DNA from: Octopus sinensis
Lineage: Eukaryota
Assembly: GCF_006345805.1 (NCBI RefSeq)
Contig: NC_043018.1
Coordinates: forward strand, 9,300,001-9,364,000
Direction of reading: 5' to 3'
DNA: 64,000 bases
Shown here piece after piece: positions 1-13,103 of the stretch. A model generated the notes under the pieces. That model searched no databases, was not told where the DNA came from, and saw only the letters and a list, made by a program, of their open reading frames with translations. The translations under genes and the position numbers were made by a program. Within the stretch, counting starts at the first letter, position 1, and the number at the start of each line of letters is the position of its first letter.

Positions 1-606
1 GGACTTATTCCGAAGAGAGAAATATTAAAAAAACGATAAAAGATAAGGAAAAACATTTGTTATTTAATCATTCTTCCACAATCTTTTCTACGTATTTTTA
101 TTTCTTTATATGTATTTTTTTTTAATTATCTTTGTGTTGTTTTTCTTTAATCTTTTTCTTTCACCTTATTTTTTTTTTTTGTCCTTTTATGCTTTTCTGT
201 TTCGCCTTATTTCTCTTTTGATCTTTTCTCCCTCTTTTTTCCTCTCTCCATTCATTCATCTGCTGCTACATTTCTGCTTTCTTCCCTTTTCTTTCCTCAC
301 TTTCTCTTTCTCTCTCTCATATCGCACTTGCCAGCAAAAGCTTTATAGAAGTGGACGGACATTAAACTTTCAACAACAGCAGCAATAGTAGTAGTAGTAG
401 TAGAGAAAAATAGCAGTAGTATCCAGAGTCTGATGAACTACTGCAACAGCAACACACTTTCCACTAGGATACACTGTTATCTCTCACCCAAGCTTGTTTA
501 TATTAAGACAGCTACAAGTCTCTGTTCAGAATCAGCTAGCTGCTTGCAAGTACCTTGTTAGACCTGTTCCAACATCAGTGAAACTAAGATATGGGTAAAG
601 GGGAAC

Positions 607-608
<2 letters not shown>

Positions 609-654
<46 letters not shown>

Positions 655-732
655 TAAAAATAATTAATAATAATAATAAAAATAATTAATAATAATAATA
701 AAAATAATTAATAATAATAATAAAAATAATAA

Positions 733-764
<32 letters not shown>

Positions 765-1020
765 ATAATAATAAAAATAATAATAAAAATAATAATAATA
801 ATAAAATAATAATGATAATAAAAATAAAAATAAAAATAAAAATAATAATAAAAATAATAAAAATAATAATAAAAATAATAAAAATAAATAATAATATGAT
901 AATAATAAAATAATAATAATAATAAAAATAATAATAAAAATAATAAATAATAATAATAAAAATAATAATAAAAATAATAATAATAATAATAAAAATTAAA
1001 AAAATAAAAATAATAATTTT
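609..1020. repeat. (AAT)n / (AAAAAT) microsatellite
   Basis: Direct reading. Confidence 0.97.
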
Positions 1021-3200
1021 TTATGTTAAATTTTTTAGTTGTATAACAAGTATAATATTTACATCTACAAGGAAGTAACTTGATCAAATTTATTGAAACT
1101 TCACGTAGATGTAAACATTAAAACATTTTATATATTGCCATGGCTGTGTGGTAAGAAGACTGCTTCCCAACTACGTGATTTTAGGTTCAGTCCCAATGCA
1201 TGGCACCGTGGGTAAATGTCTGCATAGTCCAGGACCTTGTGAGTGAATTTGGCAGGTAAAAAAAATGAAAGAAGCCCATCATATTGCAGGTATTGGCTGT
1301 GTGGTAAGAAGTTTGCTTCCAAACCACATGGTTCCAGGTTCAGTCCCACTGAGTGGCACCTTGACCAAATGTCTTCTACTACATATCCTTTGGACAACCA
1401 GAGCCTTGTGAGTGGATTTGGTAGAGGAAAACTGGAAGAAGCCCATCGTATGTATATATATATATATCATCATCATCGTTTAATGTCCGTTTTCCGTGCT
1501 GGCATGGGCTGGACGGTTCGACCGGGGTCTTAGGAAGCCAGGGGCTGCACCAGGCTCCAGTCTGATCTGGCAGTGTTTTTACAGCTGGATGCCCTTCCTA
1601 ACGCCAACCACTCCGTGAGTGTAGTGGGTGCTTTTTACGTTCCACCTACACAGGTGCCAGGGGAGTCTGGCATCGGCCACGATCGGTTGGTGCTTTTAAC
1701 ATGCCACCGGCACGGAAGCCAGCCAAGGCGGCGCTGGCATCGGCCACGTTCGGATGGTGCTTTTTATGTGCCACTGGCATAGAAGCCAGTCAAGTGCTGG
1801 TGGCACATAAAAAGCACCATCCGAAATATAATGATAATAATAATAATAATAATAATAAAAATTAAAAAAATAAAAATAATAATTTTTTATGTTAAATTTT
1901 TTAGTTGTATAACAAGTATAATATTTACATCTACAAGGAAGTAACTTGATCAAATTTATTGAAACTTCACGTAGATGTAAACATTAAAACATTTTATATA
2001 TTGCCATGGCTGTGTGGTAAGAAGACTGCTTCCCAACTACGTGATTTTAGGTTCAGTCCCAATGCATGGCACCGTGGGTAAATGTCTGCATAGTCCAGGA
2101 CCTTGTGAGTGAATTTGGCAGGAAAAAAAAATGAAAGAAGCCCATCATATTGCAGGTATTGGCTGTGTGGTAAGAAGTTTGCTTCCAAACCACATGGTTC
2201 CAGGTTCAGTCCCACTGAGTGGCACCTTGACCAAATGTCTTCTACTACATATCCTTTGGACAACCAGAGCCTTGTGAGTGGATTTGGTAGAGGAAAACTG
2301 GAAGAAGCCCATCGTATGTATATATATATATATATCATCATCATCGTTTAATGTCCGTTTTCCGTGCTGGCATGGGCTGGACGGTTCGACCGGGGTCTTA
2401 GGAAGCCAGGGGCTGCACCAGGCTCCAGTCTGATCTGGCAGTGTTTCTACAGCTGGATACCCTTCCTAACGCCAACCACTCCGTGAGTGTAGTGGGTGCT
2501 TTTTACGTGCCACCTACACAGGTGCCAGGGGAGTCTGGCATCGGCCACGATCGGTTGGTGCTTTTAACATGCCACCGGCACGGAAGCCAGCCAAGGCGGC
2601 GCTGGCATCGGCCACGTTCGGATGGTGCTTTTTATGTGCCACTGGCATAGAAGCCAGTCAAGTGCTGGTGGCACATAAAAAGCACCATCCGAAATATAAT
2701 AATAATAATAATAATAATAACAATAATATTAGGGAATATGATTCCAAACTTACAGGGAAAAATTCAATTTAGTAATACTAAATCCAATTTCACAATATAT
2801 AATATATGTATATAAATTAAAGAAGAACCGTCACGTAGCAATTCAACAATGATATAATTAAATCCTAAATCTCTCAATGAGATATTCAATAGCAGTACTT
2901 TGAAGTAAAGGTTATTTGCCAACCTAATGTGGCAGTCCCAGTTGGGATGAATGGTTGACAAAGGAAAATAACCCTGAAACTGTGCGGTTCACAGATACTG
3001 CTTTGTGTTGGGTGGGGGTGCTAGACTTCCCTGCCCAAAAATATAAGGACACAGATTTTGTGTCGTATAGCCAGCTGGATGCGATGTCTCCTGGGTCTAA
3101 ACAACAGTAGCATTCATCCCAACCAGGACTACCACATTATGTTGGCAAATAACCTTTACTTTAAAGTACTCTTGTTGAGAGATTTAGGAACAATAATGTT

Positions 3201-3232
<32 letters not shown>

Positions 3233-3699
3233 TATATGTATGTATATACACCAACATCAAAAATCAATGGAAACTGTAGTTGTGATCCCTGGGCCAGTGG
3301 CACGTAAAAAGCACGATCTGAATGTGGCCGATGCCAGCGCCGCCTTGACTGGCTTCTGTGCCGGTGGCACGTAAAAAGCACCATTCGAACGTGGCCGATG
3401 CCAGTGCCGCCTTGACTGGCTTCCGTGCCGGTGGCACATAAAAAGCACCAATCCGATCGTTGCCATTGCCAGCCTCGCCTGGCACCTGTGCCGGTAGCAT
3501 GCAAAAAGCACCCATGACACTCACGGAGTGGTTGGCGTTAGGAAGGGCATCCAGCTGTAGAAACACTGCCAGATCAGACTGGAGCCTGGTGCAGCCTTCT
3601 GGCTTCCCAGATCCCCGGTCGAACCATCCAACCCATGCTAGAATGGAAAGCGGACGTTAAACTATGATGATGATATATATGCGCAAATGATCTCATGAC

Positions 3700-4560
3700 C
3701 TGCAACACTAACTTCAAAAAACCAGCCAACCCCTTAATCACTTATCAGTCTGGTGAGCACATAAGTCAGACTGACTACCTCCTCACCAGGCAAAGAGATA
3801 GATGAGTGCTTAAAAATGCAAAGTCTTTCCCAGGTGAAGAGTGCAGAATCTAACATAGGTTACCAGTCAGTGACTTCAGAATTAGAGCTTGAAAGACTCA
3901 ATCTGGAAAAGAAGATTATGGAAGCTCAAAGACCCAGCAAATAGACAAAAATTTACAGAATTGCTAATGGAAGCTGTTGAGGAAAGAGAGGAAGAGTTGG
4001 GGACATATAGCTTAGGGGACAGCTGGAAGTTCTTACAGGGACAATCTACTGAGGGCTGTGGATGAAACCTGTGGCAGGTGCAGAGTTCCAGCTAGACCAA
4101 GGGTGACATGGTGGTAGAGCAAGGAGGTTGGCAGTGTTATAAAGGCAGAAAGACAGGCCTGGAAAGACTGGGAAAAAGTGGAAGCAGAGAATTATATCAG
4201 GTAACCAAAAGGGCAGCTAGATTTCAGGTATACATAGCAAAAGGAGTAGCTGAAGGTAAGAGATTTGCAAATGTCCTGCGACCTGAGGATCAGAGGCATG
4301 AGGTGTTCAGGATTGCAAAGCAGTGTATCTGAGAGAATAGAGATGTGGTAGGTGAGAAATGTGTGTGAATGGATAATGGTATGCTTGTACTTAGTGACTC
4401 AGAGAAGAAAGATGCATGGAAGTGCCACTATGAAAGGTTACTAAGCATGGAAAATTTTACGGGGCAGGGATACATGCTCTCATTCAAAGGTGGAACATTG
4501 CTATTGAGGGAAATGGTGACTATGTTGAGAAGTAGGGATGTGATCCATAGAGGACCAGCT
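3700..4560 (+). mobile_element. Decayed RTE-type LINE fragment (endonuclease C-terminal region/linker)
   Basis: LITYQSGEHISQTDYLL, AKSFPGEEC, WKCHYERLL motifs with stops. Confidence 0.75.
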
Positions 4561-4841
4561 TCATTTTGATGTATGATATATGTTCCTGTGTTGGTAATTA
4601 TACCTATCCTAAACAAAATGGCATTATGTTTTGACTCACCCTCATATATATATAGTATTACTAAAGTGCTGGAAATTATGTAGTGCCCCAACAGCTGTAA
4701 TGTGTCTATATTAAAGAATGTAAGAGGGACCGCTAATTATTTTGTCACTAATTCATACGAAAAGAATGGGTTTATACACACATCTGCAACAGAAATCGTT
4801 CGGGCTATAAATGTTTTTATACATGACTGTTAACTGGATTT

Positions 4842-4876
<35 letters not shown>

Positions 4877-5255
4877 CTACACATGTGAGTTTGTCATTGT
4901 CTGTCCCCACTGCTGCTTGACAACTAGTGTTAGTTTGTTTATGTCCCCATAACTGAGCAGTTCGGCAAAAGAAACCAATAGAATAAGTACTGGGATTGAT
5001 TTTCAGACTAAAAGCCTTCAAGGTGGTGCCCTCTATGGCCACATGCCAATGACTGAAACAAGTAAACGAGGAGCTGAAGGTATAAAAATTTCGTGGGGTG
5101 GGGAAGTAGTTTAGGACATTGGAAAGTAGTCTGCACTATCAAAGCAACTCCTGTTATGCAACTGGTTATATAATGTTATACAGTCGTTGTATTGTGACAG
5201 ATTAAATTCCTAAGATAAACATCTGAATACATCAAAAACCGTTATAATTCAATAA

Positions 5256-5647
5256 TCTCTCAATATATAAAGCTGAAGTTGTCTGAGTATAGCAGGTTTG
5301 GTAGCCTTCAACTAACACTATCTCCTCTGAGACCCTGCAGCGCAAGTTGACCAAAATTGAGAGTATGATAGAAGAAGGCTTGCTCTTCCTTCTGTAGAAG
5401 AAAAAATTCAAATCGGACCATGTTAACACCAAAAATTGTTTACATCAAAAAGGTGCTTTTTTTCTATGAAAATCCCTGTTTTTTACGATTTTTTGACTGT
5501 TGTGTTGCCATTTTTTGGTGTATTTCAACCGGGAAAATGTTCACTTAAAGAGAATAACAAGCTACATAATGCAATATTTTTACTTTTCAAAAATTCCAAT
5601 TCTAAAGGGTCAAAACAAACCCGAGCAACGCCGGACGATACTGCTAG
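5256..5647 (+). mobile_element. Non-autonomous Helitron (3'-truncated minus-strand relative at ~43455-43797)
   Basis: A|TC start, CCGAGCAACGCCGG hairpin, CTAG|T end. Confidence 0.78.
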
Positions 5648-6199
5648 TTAATAATAAAACTAAATTTATAGAAGACAGACATGTAATGTTTACTATATGA
5701 ATGAAATGGGGTCAACTCATGAATATTTGTGATTTGGGGTTTATGAGCATCTGATCATTTCATCTATTTGAGATATCTGTTCACTGAATTGGACAAAGAT
5801 AAGGGTGGGTGGGTGAGGTGAAGGGAGTAAAAATGTGATAGAAGCTTGCTTTGCAATCACAAGGTTTTTTGGTTCAGTCCCACTGCATGACACACAGGAC
5901 AAGTGTCCTTAGGGTGACTAAAAGCCTTGTGAGTAGATCTGATAGACAGAAACTGAAAAAGTACCTGTCACCCTCTGTGTGTGTGGGGGGGGGTGTATGC
6001 AGCTGTGTGGTAAGAAGTTTGCTTCCCAACCACATGGTTCCAGGTTCAGTCTCACTGCATGACACCTTGAGCAAATATCTTCTGCTATTGTCTGGGGCTG
6101 GCCAAATGCTTGGTAGATTTGGTGGAGGATTTGGTAGATGGAAACTGAAAGAAGCCTGTCATACATATGTGTATGCACGGGCCTTACATACACTCACGA

Positions 6200-6340
6200 A
6201 TACATGCACACACACACACGAATGTATGCACACACACACATGAATGTATACATACAGACACACATACACAAATGTATGCACACATACAAACACACAAATG
6301 TATATGTGAATATATATACACACACATGCAGATATATATA

Positions 6341-6385
<45 letters not shown>

Positions 6386-6545
6386 ATGTATGTATGTATA
6401 TGTATGTATGTATATATATGTGTGTATGTATGTATATGTATGTATGTATATATATGTATGTATATATGTATATGTAACAGTGAAGCTTTGTGCAATGGCC
6501 ATACTCGATAACGAGGGGGAAGCCATAATATGTATATATATATGC

Positions 6546-6605
<60 letters not shown>

Positions 6606-6612
6606 GTATATA
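6200..6612. repeat. Compound (CA)/(TA)/(TATG) microsatellite
   Basis: Direct reading. Confidence 0.93.
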
Positions 6613-6750
6613 TCTACCTCCAATAAAGATAAACCAAATAATCCCATTCCATAGATGTGAAGTACTTTTAAAAACAAGAAAGCAAAATTCTTTAGAATTC
6701 GGGCAGATTCCATTCCATTCCAGAGATACATTAATTTCCATGAGTTGGTA

Positions 6751-6786
<36 letters not shown>

Positions 6787-7712
6787 ACCTGCTTAAAAAC
6801 TGTTCCATATATCAAACTAAATTTTGAATTGGTGGTGGTGAGATGGGGTTGGTATGTCTAAAAGGGAAAGTGAGAAAGGGAGACCAGAAGTTAAGATTAG
6901 AGAAAGAAAGAGAAGAGATTGAAAGAGAGAGAGAGAGAGAGAGAGAGAGCTGATTAAAAACTGAGGGGAGAAATAAAGAACAGCAAGAGAAATAGTGTGA
7001 AAAGAAGGGGAGGAGCAACTGGGGGGAGAATATGGAAGAAGTAATTAGGCTGTAAATGAGAATGAGAGCAGATAGTAACGAAATTATTTTTGGACAGATT
7101 CAGGAACAGACATGGATGAAATAGAAAATATAAGATTTGTTATTAAGATTATTAGAATCCCTAGAGATTACTTGCCAAAATCCAATGAAATAAGAAAGTT
7201 ACCTGCAATGGCCAACAGAGAAAAACTATTTCTTTAAATGTTATGGAAACTCCTGAGTCAAAGAAATGAATGATTCTACCACATACAGTGTAGGTGTCGA
7301 AATTTTCTCCTCCTCTACAACCACCACTGCCATCCTCATCATCATTTCACCTCTCAATTTAAATTCTTTAGCATTGGTCGAACAGGTCTGCTACACAGTA
7401 AACGGTCACTCCAGTGAATCCCATGTTATTCACCTAAGGGGCCCTAATATCTGACAACTGACTTCATCATTTCTCGTTGCATTTTCTTTTTCATATCAGT
7501 ACCTCTCCTTGCAGTACACACTGCTAGCCCTGCCCCTACTCTACACAGGCATTCATTGTATTTTTGTTTTACAAGTCTATGGCATCAGTCGAGGCCTTTG
7601 ATACCCAGCTGTTCCCTCTCTGCTGACTTATGCTCCGTCTTTTATGCAAGCTGGTGTTAGACATTGAACAGATGATTTCTTGAAATGGAGTTAAATGGAA
7701 ACAAATGCTTAC

Positions 7713-7861
7713 TTATCTCTCCAGAATTCCTTAAGGACATCAGACAAAAGGAACAAAGCTGTTATGAGTTGTAAAAGGGCCTGAATAACCAATCCCAGTC
7801 TTGACATATGGAGTTGGCGCTGATTAACATTACTCTCAGATTGAGCAAATGCTCCTCTCAC
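7713..7861 (-). CDS. EGF-TOM1-like protein exon 7 (VRGAFAQSESNVNQRQLHMSRLGLVIQALLQLITALFLLSDVLKEFWRD..)
   Basis: TTTTCTTTTCAG acceptor, GTAAGC donor, 149 nt, phase 0/2; sixth TM segment. No compatible next exon was found in 1-7712. Confidence 0.85.
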
Positions 7862-8010
7862 CTGAAAAGAAAAATATTCATTGTAGAATTTGATATTAAT
7901 AATAAAGAGATAATAAAGAATAAAAATCGAAAGAGCTATATATATACATGGGTGCTTTGTTGGCTGTGTTATCAAATTCTGTTCTCATTAAAAGAAATAT
8001 TACAGTTATC

Positions 8011-8589
8011 AGATCTTTTCCTTTTGAACGGCACATGTCAACACAGTTTCTAGTTAACTAAACACTTTTAAACTTCGTATACTGGTAGAATGTGTTTATA
8101 AAACATTATTTTTTCTTGGCTTTATTGAGAAAATTCTATAGTTTGTAACATATTTCCACTTTAATTTCAAGCATTTCAGCAATTTTAACCAATCGCTGAA
8201 GTCCATTTAGGTAAACAACATTCCGTGCTGTATGAATATGTCCCTCGTTTAAGAAACAGATTGGGTTTATTTACATTTGCGAAGAAAAAAAAAATACCCT
8301 AACTCTAACCTTAAATCAAAAATAGATTGAAATGCAATAGATCGATACTAGGGTTATAATTATGGGTGACATTTTCATTTGACACCGCTAGAACAAAAAT
8401 CCCATTTTCCGTAGCGGTGTCGTATGAAATTATCACCCATAATTATAACCCTAGTATCGATCTATTACATTTCAATCTATTTTAGAGTTAGGGTGAGTTA
8501 GGGTTAGGGGTGGGGGAAGAGTCATAATTATGGGTGACAATTTCATATGACACCACTAGGAAAAACTGCCGTTCAAACCGAAAAGATCC
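8011..8589. mobile_element. Hybrid/internally deleted palindromic form of the MITE
   Basis: Same variant left end and same central junction as 24226-25031, but the second arm is truncated and joined to a standard right end. Confidence 0.85.
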
Positions 8590-9482
8590 AAGTGTAAAGC
8601 AGTTAAGTTCAATTGCTGTAAGGAGTGAAGAATCTGTTTCAAGCCTTGCTATCTTGAGAGAGAGGGATGCTGTTTAGCTCAAGGTCAGCCATAATTAAGC
8701 AGGCCTGTTATCAAAACCAGTCCAGTAATGACCAGCCTACCTATTATGTTCAGATAACCAATATCTTAATTTTCAAGATGATAATGTATGATTTAAGAAA
8801 AATCTGGTTGCTATTTTGACTTGTAAATAGTCTCCGTCACAGTTGTCATGGTAACAGGGTCAATGAGACATAATATGTTAATATGTTTCTGTTGAGTTGC
8901 TTGCCTTGGTTTCTATGGCAGCAGACATTTGGTAAAAACCAAGTCCATAGATATGAACCAAGATTTCACAGAGACAAAGCTAAAACAGAAACAGTAGCAA
9001 AGGAAAGAAAAAAGCAAAAGTTAGACAAGTGTGACTGTGTGGTAAGTAGCTTGCTTCCCAACCACATGGTTCCAGGTTCATTCCCACTGTGTGGCACCTT
9101 AGGCAAGTGTCTTCTACTATAGCCTCAGGGCGACCAAAGCCTTGTGAGTGGATTTGGTAGATGGAAATTGAAAGAAGCCTGTTGTGTGTGCATGCGTGTG
9201 CACGTGTGTGTATATGTATGTATGTATGTATGTGTGTGTTTCTTTGTATGTCCCCCCCTGCCACCGTCACTTGACAATTGGTGTTGGTGTGTTTACATCC
9301 CTGTAACTTAACTGATTCTGCAAAAGACAGAAACAGAATAAGGACCAGTCTAAAAAAACTAAGGACTGGGGTTGATTCTTTCAACCAAAATTTCTTCTGG
9401 ACACTGCTCCAGCATAGCCACAGCCTAACGATTGAAACATGTTAAAGATATAAAAAAAATAATATGAAGTTCTGTCACTTAC

Positions 9483-9578
9483 CTTGAAGTATACCTCAAC
9501 ACCATAGATGAGGAAGAAGATGACCACCAAAAACATGAGGAATGCAAAAAACGCGTCAAAGATCTTGTTAATCATGTC
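9483..9578 (-). CDS. EGF-TOM1-like protein exon 6 (DMINKIFDAFFAFLMFLVVIFFLIYGVEVYFK)
   Basis: CTTGGCAG acceptor, GTAAGT donor, 96 nt, phase 0/0; TM segment ending F-L-I-Y-G. Confidence 0.88.
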
Positions 9579-9898
9579 CTGCCAAGATTAATTAATTAAA
9601 ACCGTTGAAAATGGCAAAAGTTTCACATCAAACCTTAACATTCATAATGTAAAAAAGTGAAGAGGGTGAGAGAGAGATGTAGAATGTTGATGTAAGTGTT
9701 GATAAATTGGCCCTTGATCTTTTAAATCTGACTTGAAAGCAGCCCCTTAAGGAAACAATATTCTTAAAGAATGAATGACTATATCACCTCCCCAATTTGC
9801 TTTCGTTTAAGTTTGTTTATAAACCAATGAGAAAACCCTCTAAGTTATAGTAGTCAATTCTTCTTCAAATTACTCCCAATGAGAAACTAAGAGTGGTA

Positions 9899-10274
9899 TC
9901 TCTATACATATAAACGGCAAAATGTCTGTCTGTGTGCGTGTGTGCATGTCCTTTATGCAAATCCACAGTTTTTCAGTTAGAGGGCTCGCACTTTCTATGG
10001 TCATCCAAAACCGTCCAAGGGTGGTCGTGCACATCTTTACATTTCCCCAGTCACCCAGCAAAGCCATTAAAAAATCAATAGAAGTGACTTTTTTGTGAAT
10101 TTTCTATCCAAAACCCAATCAAAATGCCCGAAACTTGATACGCCAATTGAATGCTAGCTAGCTGTATGTGATTGGTTGGAGATTTGGACAGTACTCGCGT
10201 GTATGTGTGCACGCATGCAGCTGTATATGTATGCACTAGCACAATGACCCAGCGTTGCCGGGTCATAGTGCTAG
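9899..10274 (+). mobile_element. Non-autonomous Helitron
   Basis: A|TC start, CCCAGCGTTGCCGGG hairpin, CTAG|T end. Confidence 0.78.
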
Positions 10275-11080
10275 TGTTACATTAAATTTCTTATGGACTT
10301 TCCTGTCATTAAACAATGGGTGCTAGTTCTGTAATTTCTTTCTGAACAACCATACAGATTGTCTATAAAAGTGCACAAGTGTGACGTGCGACAGATGTCA
10401 AAATGATTGCAGAACAAACATGAAATGAAGTGTTTTGTTCAAGAACACAATGCACTGCATGGTCTGGGAATAGAAACCATGATCTCACAATTATAGGTGC
10501 AACACCCTAACCATTAGGCCATGCACCTATATATATATATATATATATATATATCACCGTGACCAACCAGACTATCAGATGTTGCTACACAAGGCTGGTC
10601 ACAATGCGCTTCGCATTGTTTTAGCCTTCAAATTACGCCACTCTACTGGCTAAGCAAGCAGGCCAACAGAAGAAAGAGTGAGAGAAAGTTGTGGCGAAAG
10701 AGTACAGCAGGGATCGCCACCCCACCCCCCTGCTGGAGCCTCATGGAGCTTTAGGTGTTTTTGCTCAATAAACACTCACAACACCCGGTCTGGGAATTGA
10801 AACCGCAATCCTACGACCGCAAGTCCGTTGCCCTAACCATTGAGCCATTGCGCCTCCACATATATATATATACACACACATAAACAAAAAATTTTATAAT
10901 TATGAGTTTAATTATATAATTAAGGTCCAGCAAAAAATTTGCTTTACCACATACTGAAATTTAGAAATAGCAGTTAAAACTAGCTATTTCTCTACCATAA
11001 GAAAATCTCCCAGACAACAATACTCAACAACCCATGCAGATAAAGAGTAAAAAAATTACAAATCCATCCAGCTTTGATTA

Positions 11081-11154
11081 ACTGTATACGCGTTTCGGAG
11101 TTAGATAGATGTGAAAAATGTAAAAACCACATTTCCACTCCGCTTCAGTACAGT
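11081..11154 (-). ncRNA. Minimal type I hammerhead ribozyme motif, variant core, within a Penelope-like UTR fragment (~10920-11400)
   Basis: Minus strand: ACTGTA-CTGAAGC-GGAGT...ACTCC-GAAA-CGCG-TA-TACAGT; 6-bp stem I, 5-bp stem II, A9C change. Confidence 0.65.
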
Positions 11155-11416
11155 ACTTCAAGATTTTAAATTTGAGAGCACTGCAAAAATTAAAACATAC
11201 ATTATCTGACCAAGCATCATCAGACAACATACATCTAACAACTGACCAGTACTTCCGAATTCAAACAGACGAATGAGATCTCGGATTCCCCCCTCACTCA
11301 CCCACGTGTGCTAATGAGTAAAATTCTACAGAAACAAACTGTACGGTTTCATGGTTCAGGAATTTAGGCACAAAGATTTTCTGCAGGCTCTGCAGTTGTT
11401 GAAGTAAGTTATAAAT

Positions 11417-12457
11417 ATGTGTGTGTGTGTGTGTGTATGTGTGTGTGACGTGTGTGTGTGTGCAGACAGGTTTGTGTGTGTGCAGACAGGTTTGTGTGTG
11501 TGTATACAGGTGTGTGTGTATACAGATTTATGTGTGTGTATACAGGTTTGTGTGTGTATACAGGTTTGTGTGTGTGTATACAGGTTTGTGTGTGTGTATA
11601 CAGGTGTGTGTGTGTATACAGGTTTGTGTGTGTGTGCATACAGGTTTGTGTGTATACAGGTGTGTGTGTGTATACAGGTTTGTGTGTGTGTGTGTATACA
11701 GGTTTGTGTGTGTATACAGGTGTGTGTGTATACAGGTTTGTGTGTGTGTATATACAGGTTTGTGTATGTGTGTATATAGGTTTGTGTGTGTGTGTGTGTT
11801 GTATACAGTTTGTGTGTGTGTGTGTATACAGGTTTGTGTGTGTATACAGGTTTGTGTGTGTGTGTATACAGGTTTGTGTGTGTGTATACAGGTTTGTGTG
11901 TGTGTGTGTATACAGGTTTGTGTGTGTATACAGGTTTGTGTGTGTGTATACAGGTTTGTGTGTGTGTGTATACAGGTTTGTGTGTTTGTATACAGGTTTG
12001 TATGTGTGTATACAGGTTTGTGTGTGTGTATACAGATTTGTGTGTGTGTGTATACAGGTGTGTGTGTGTGTATACAGGTTTGTGTGTGTGTATACAGGTG
12101 TGTGTGTGTCTATACAGGTGTGTGTGTGTGTATACAGGTTTGTGTGTGTGTATACAGGTTTGTGTGTGTGTATACAGGTTTGTGTGTGTGTATACAGGTT
12201 TGTGTGTGTGTATACAGGTTTGTGTGTGTGTATACAGGTTTGTGTGTTTGTATACAGGTTTGTGTGTGTGTATACAGGTTTGTGTGTGTATACAGGTTTG
12301 TGTGTGTATACAGGTTTGTGTGTGTGTGTATACAGGTTTGTGTGTGTGTGTATACAAATTTGTGTGTGTGTATACAGATTTGTGTGTGTGTGTATACAGG
12401 TTTGTGTGTGTGTGTATACAGGTGTGTGTGTATACAGGTTTGTGTGTGTGTGTGTGA
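11417..12457. repeat. ~1.04-kb minisatellite of (TG)n-TATACAGGT(T) units
   Basis: Many units with a fixed TATACAGGTT core and variable TG number. Confidence 0.97.
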
Positions 12458-12471
12458 AAGTAAATACTTAC

Positions 12472-12618
12472 TGCTTGCTTCTGGTTATTGATGATATCGG
12501 TGAGGAAGAACCGAGCGCCAAACAGCATGTATATGAAGACATTGAAGACTATGAACCCAACGAAGGATTTACTCAGGAACCGGGGTTGTTCCACAGGAAG
12601 GTTGTTCAAATGGAAAGC
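12472..12618 (-). CDS. EGF-TOM1-like protein exon 5 (AFHLNNLPVEQPRFLSKSFVGFIVFNVFIYMLFGARFFLTDIINNQKQA)
   Basis: TTTCCTTTCAG acceptor, GTAAGT donor, 147 nt, phase 0/0; hydrophobic TM segment. Confidence 0.88.
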
Positions 12619-12644
12619 CTGAAAGGAAAAAACTCCACAATTAC

Positions 12645-12687
<43 letters not shown>

Positions 12688-12704
12688 AGAAGAAGAAGAG
12701 AAAA

Positions 12705-12940
12705 AAGAAAGAAGAAAAGGAAGAAGGAGAAGAGGAAGAAGAAGAAGAAGGAGGAGAAGAAGAAAAGGAAGAAGGAGGAGGAGGAGAATAAAAGGAAGAA
12801 GAAGAAGGAGGAGGAGAAGAAGAAGAAGAAAAGGAAGAAGGAGGAGAAGAAAAGGAAGAAGAGGAAGAAGAAAAAGGAAGAGGAGAAGAAGAAGGATGAG
12901 GAGAAGAAAAGGAAGAAGAAGAGGAAGAGGAGGAGGAGGA
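12705..12940. repeat. Homopurine (GAA/GAG) triplet tract
   Basis: Almost pure A/G on the plus strand. Confidence 0.95.
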
Positions 12941-13001
12941 GTGTATGTATGTGTAACAGGATGATAGTTGTGATGGTAACAATGATATGAATAAGACTGA
13001 C

Positions 13002-13103
13002 CTCGGCCCAGTAACACACGATGAGTGTGAAACCAGTGAGAAGTAAAGGGTAATAGGCGCACCACAGGTTTGAAAACATCTGGTCTGGAAGCTGGAGCTG
13101 GAA
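13002..13103 (-). CDS. EGF-TOM1-like protein exon 4 (FQLQLPDQMFSNLWCAYYPLLLTGFTLIVCYWAE)
   Basis: TTTATTTAG acceptor, GTCAGT donor, 102 nt, phase 0/0; P-x(8)-L-x-x-x-x-WAE resembles the TOM1/GPR137 TM3 signature. Confidence 0.88.

Noticed and set aside
6138-6815. Overlapping 110-218 aa ORFs, including a hydrophobic stretch considered as the missing TM7 exon
   Set aside because: Microsatellite-derived; no AG acceptor in a compatible phase
1-7712. Search for the next (phase-2) exon of the EGF-TOM1 gene
   Set aside because: All acceptors tested (~7205, 7052, 5226, 4787, 3702, 2974, 565) hit early stops or gave non-TM peptides; the exon probably lies outside the window
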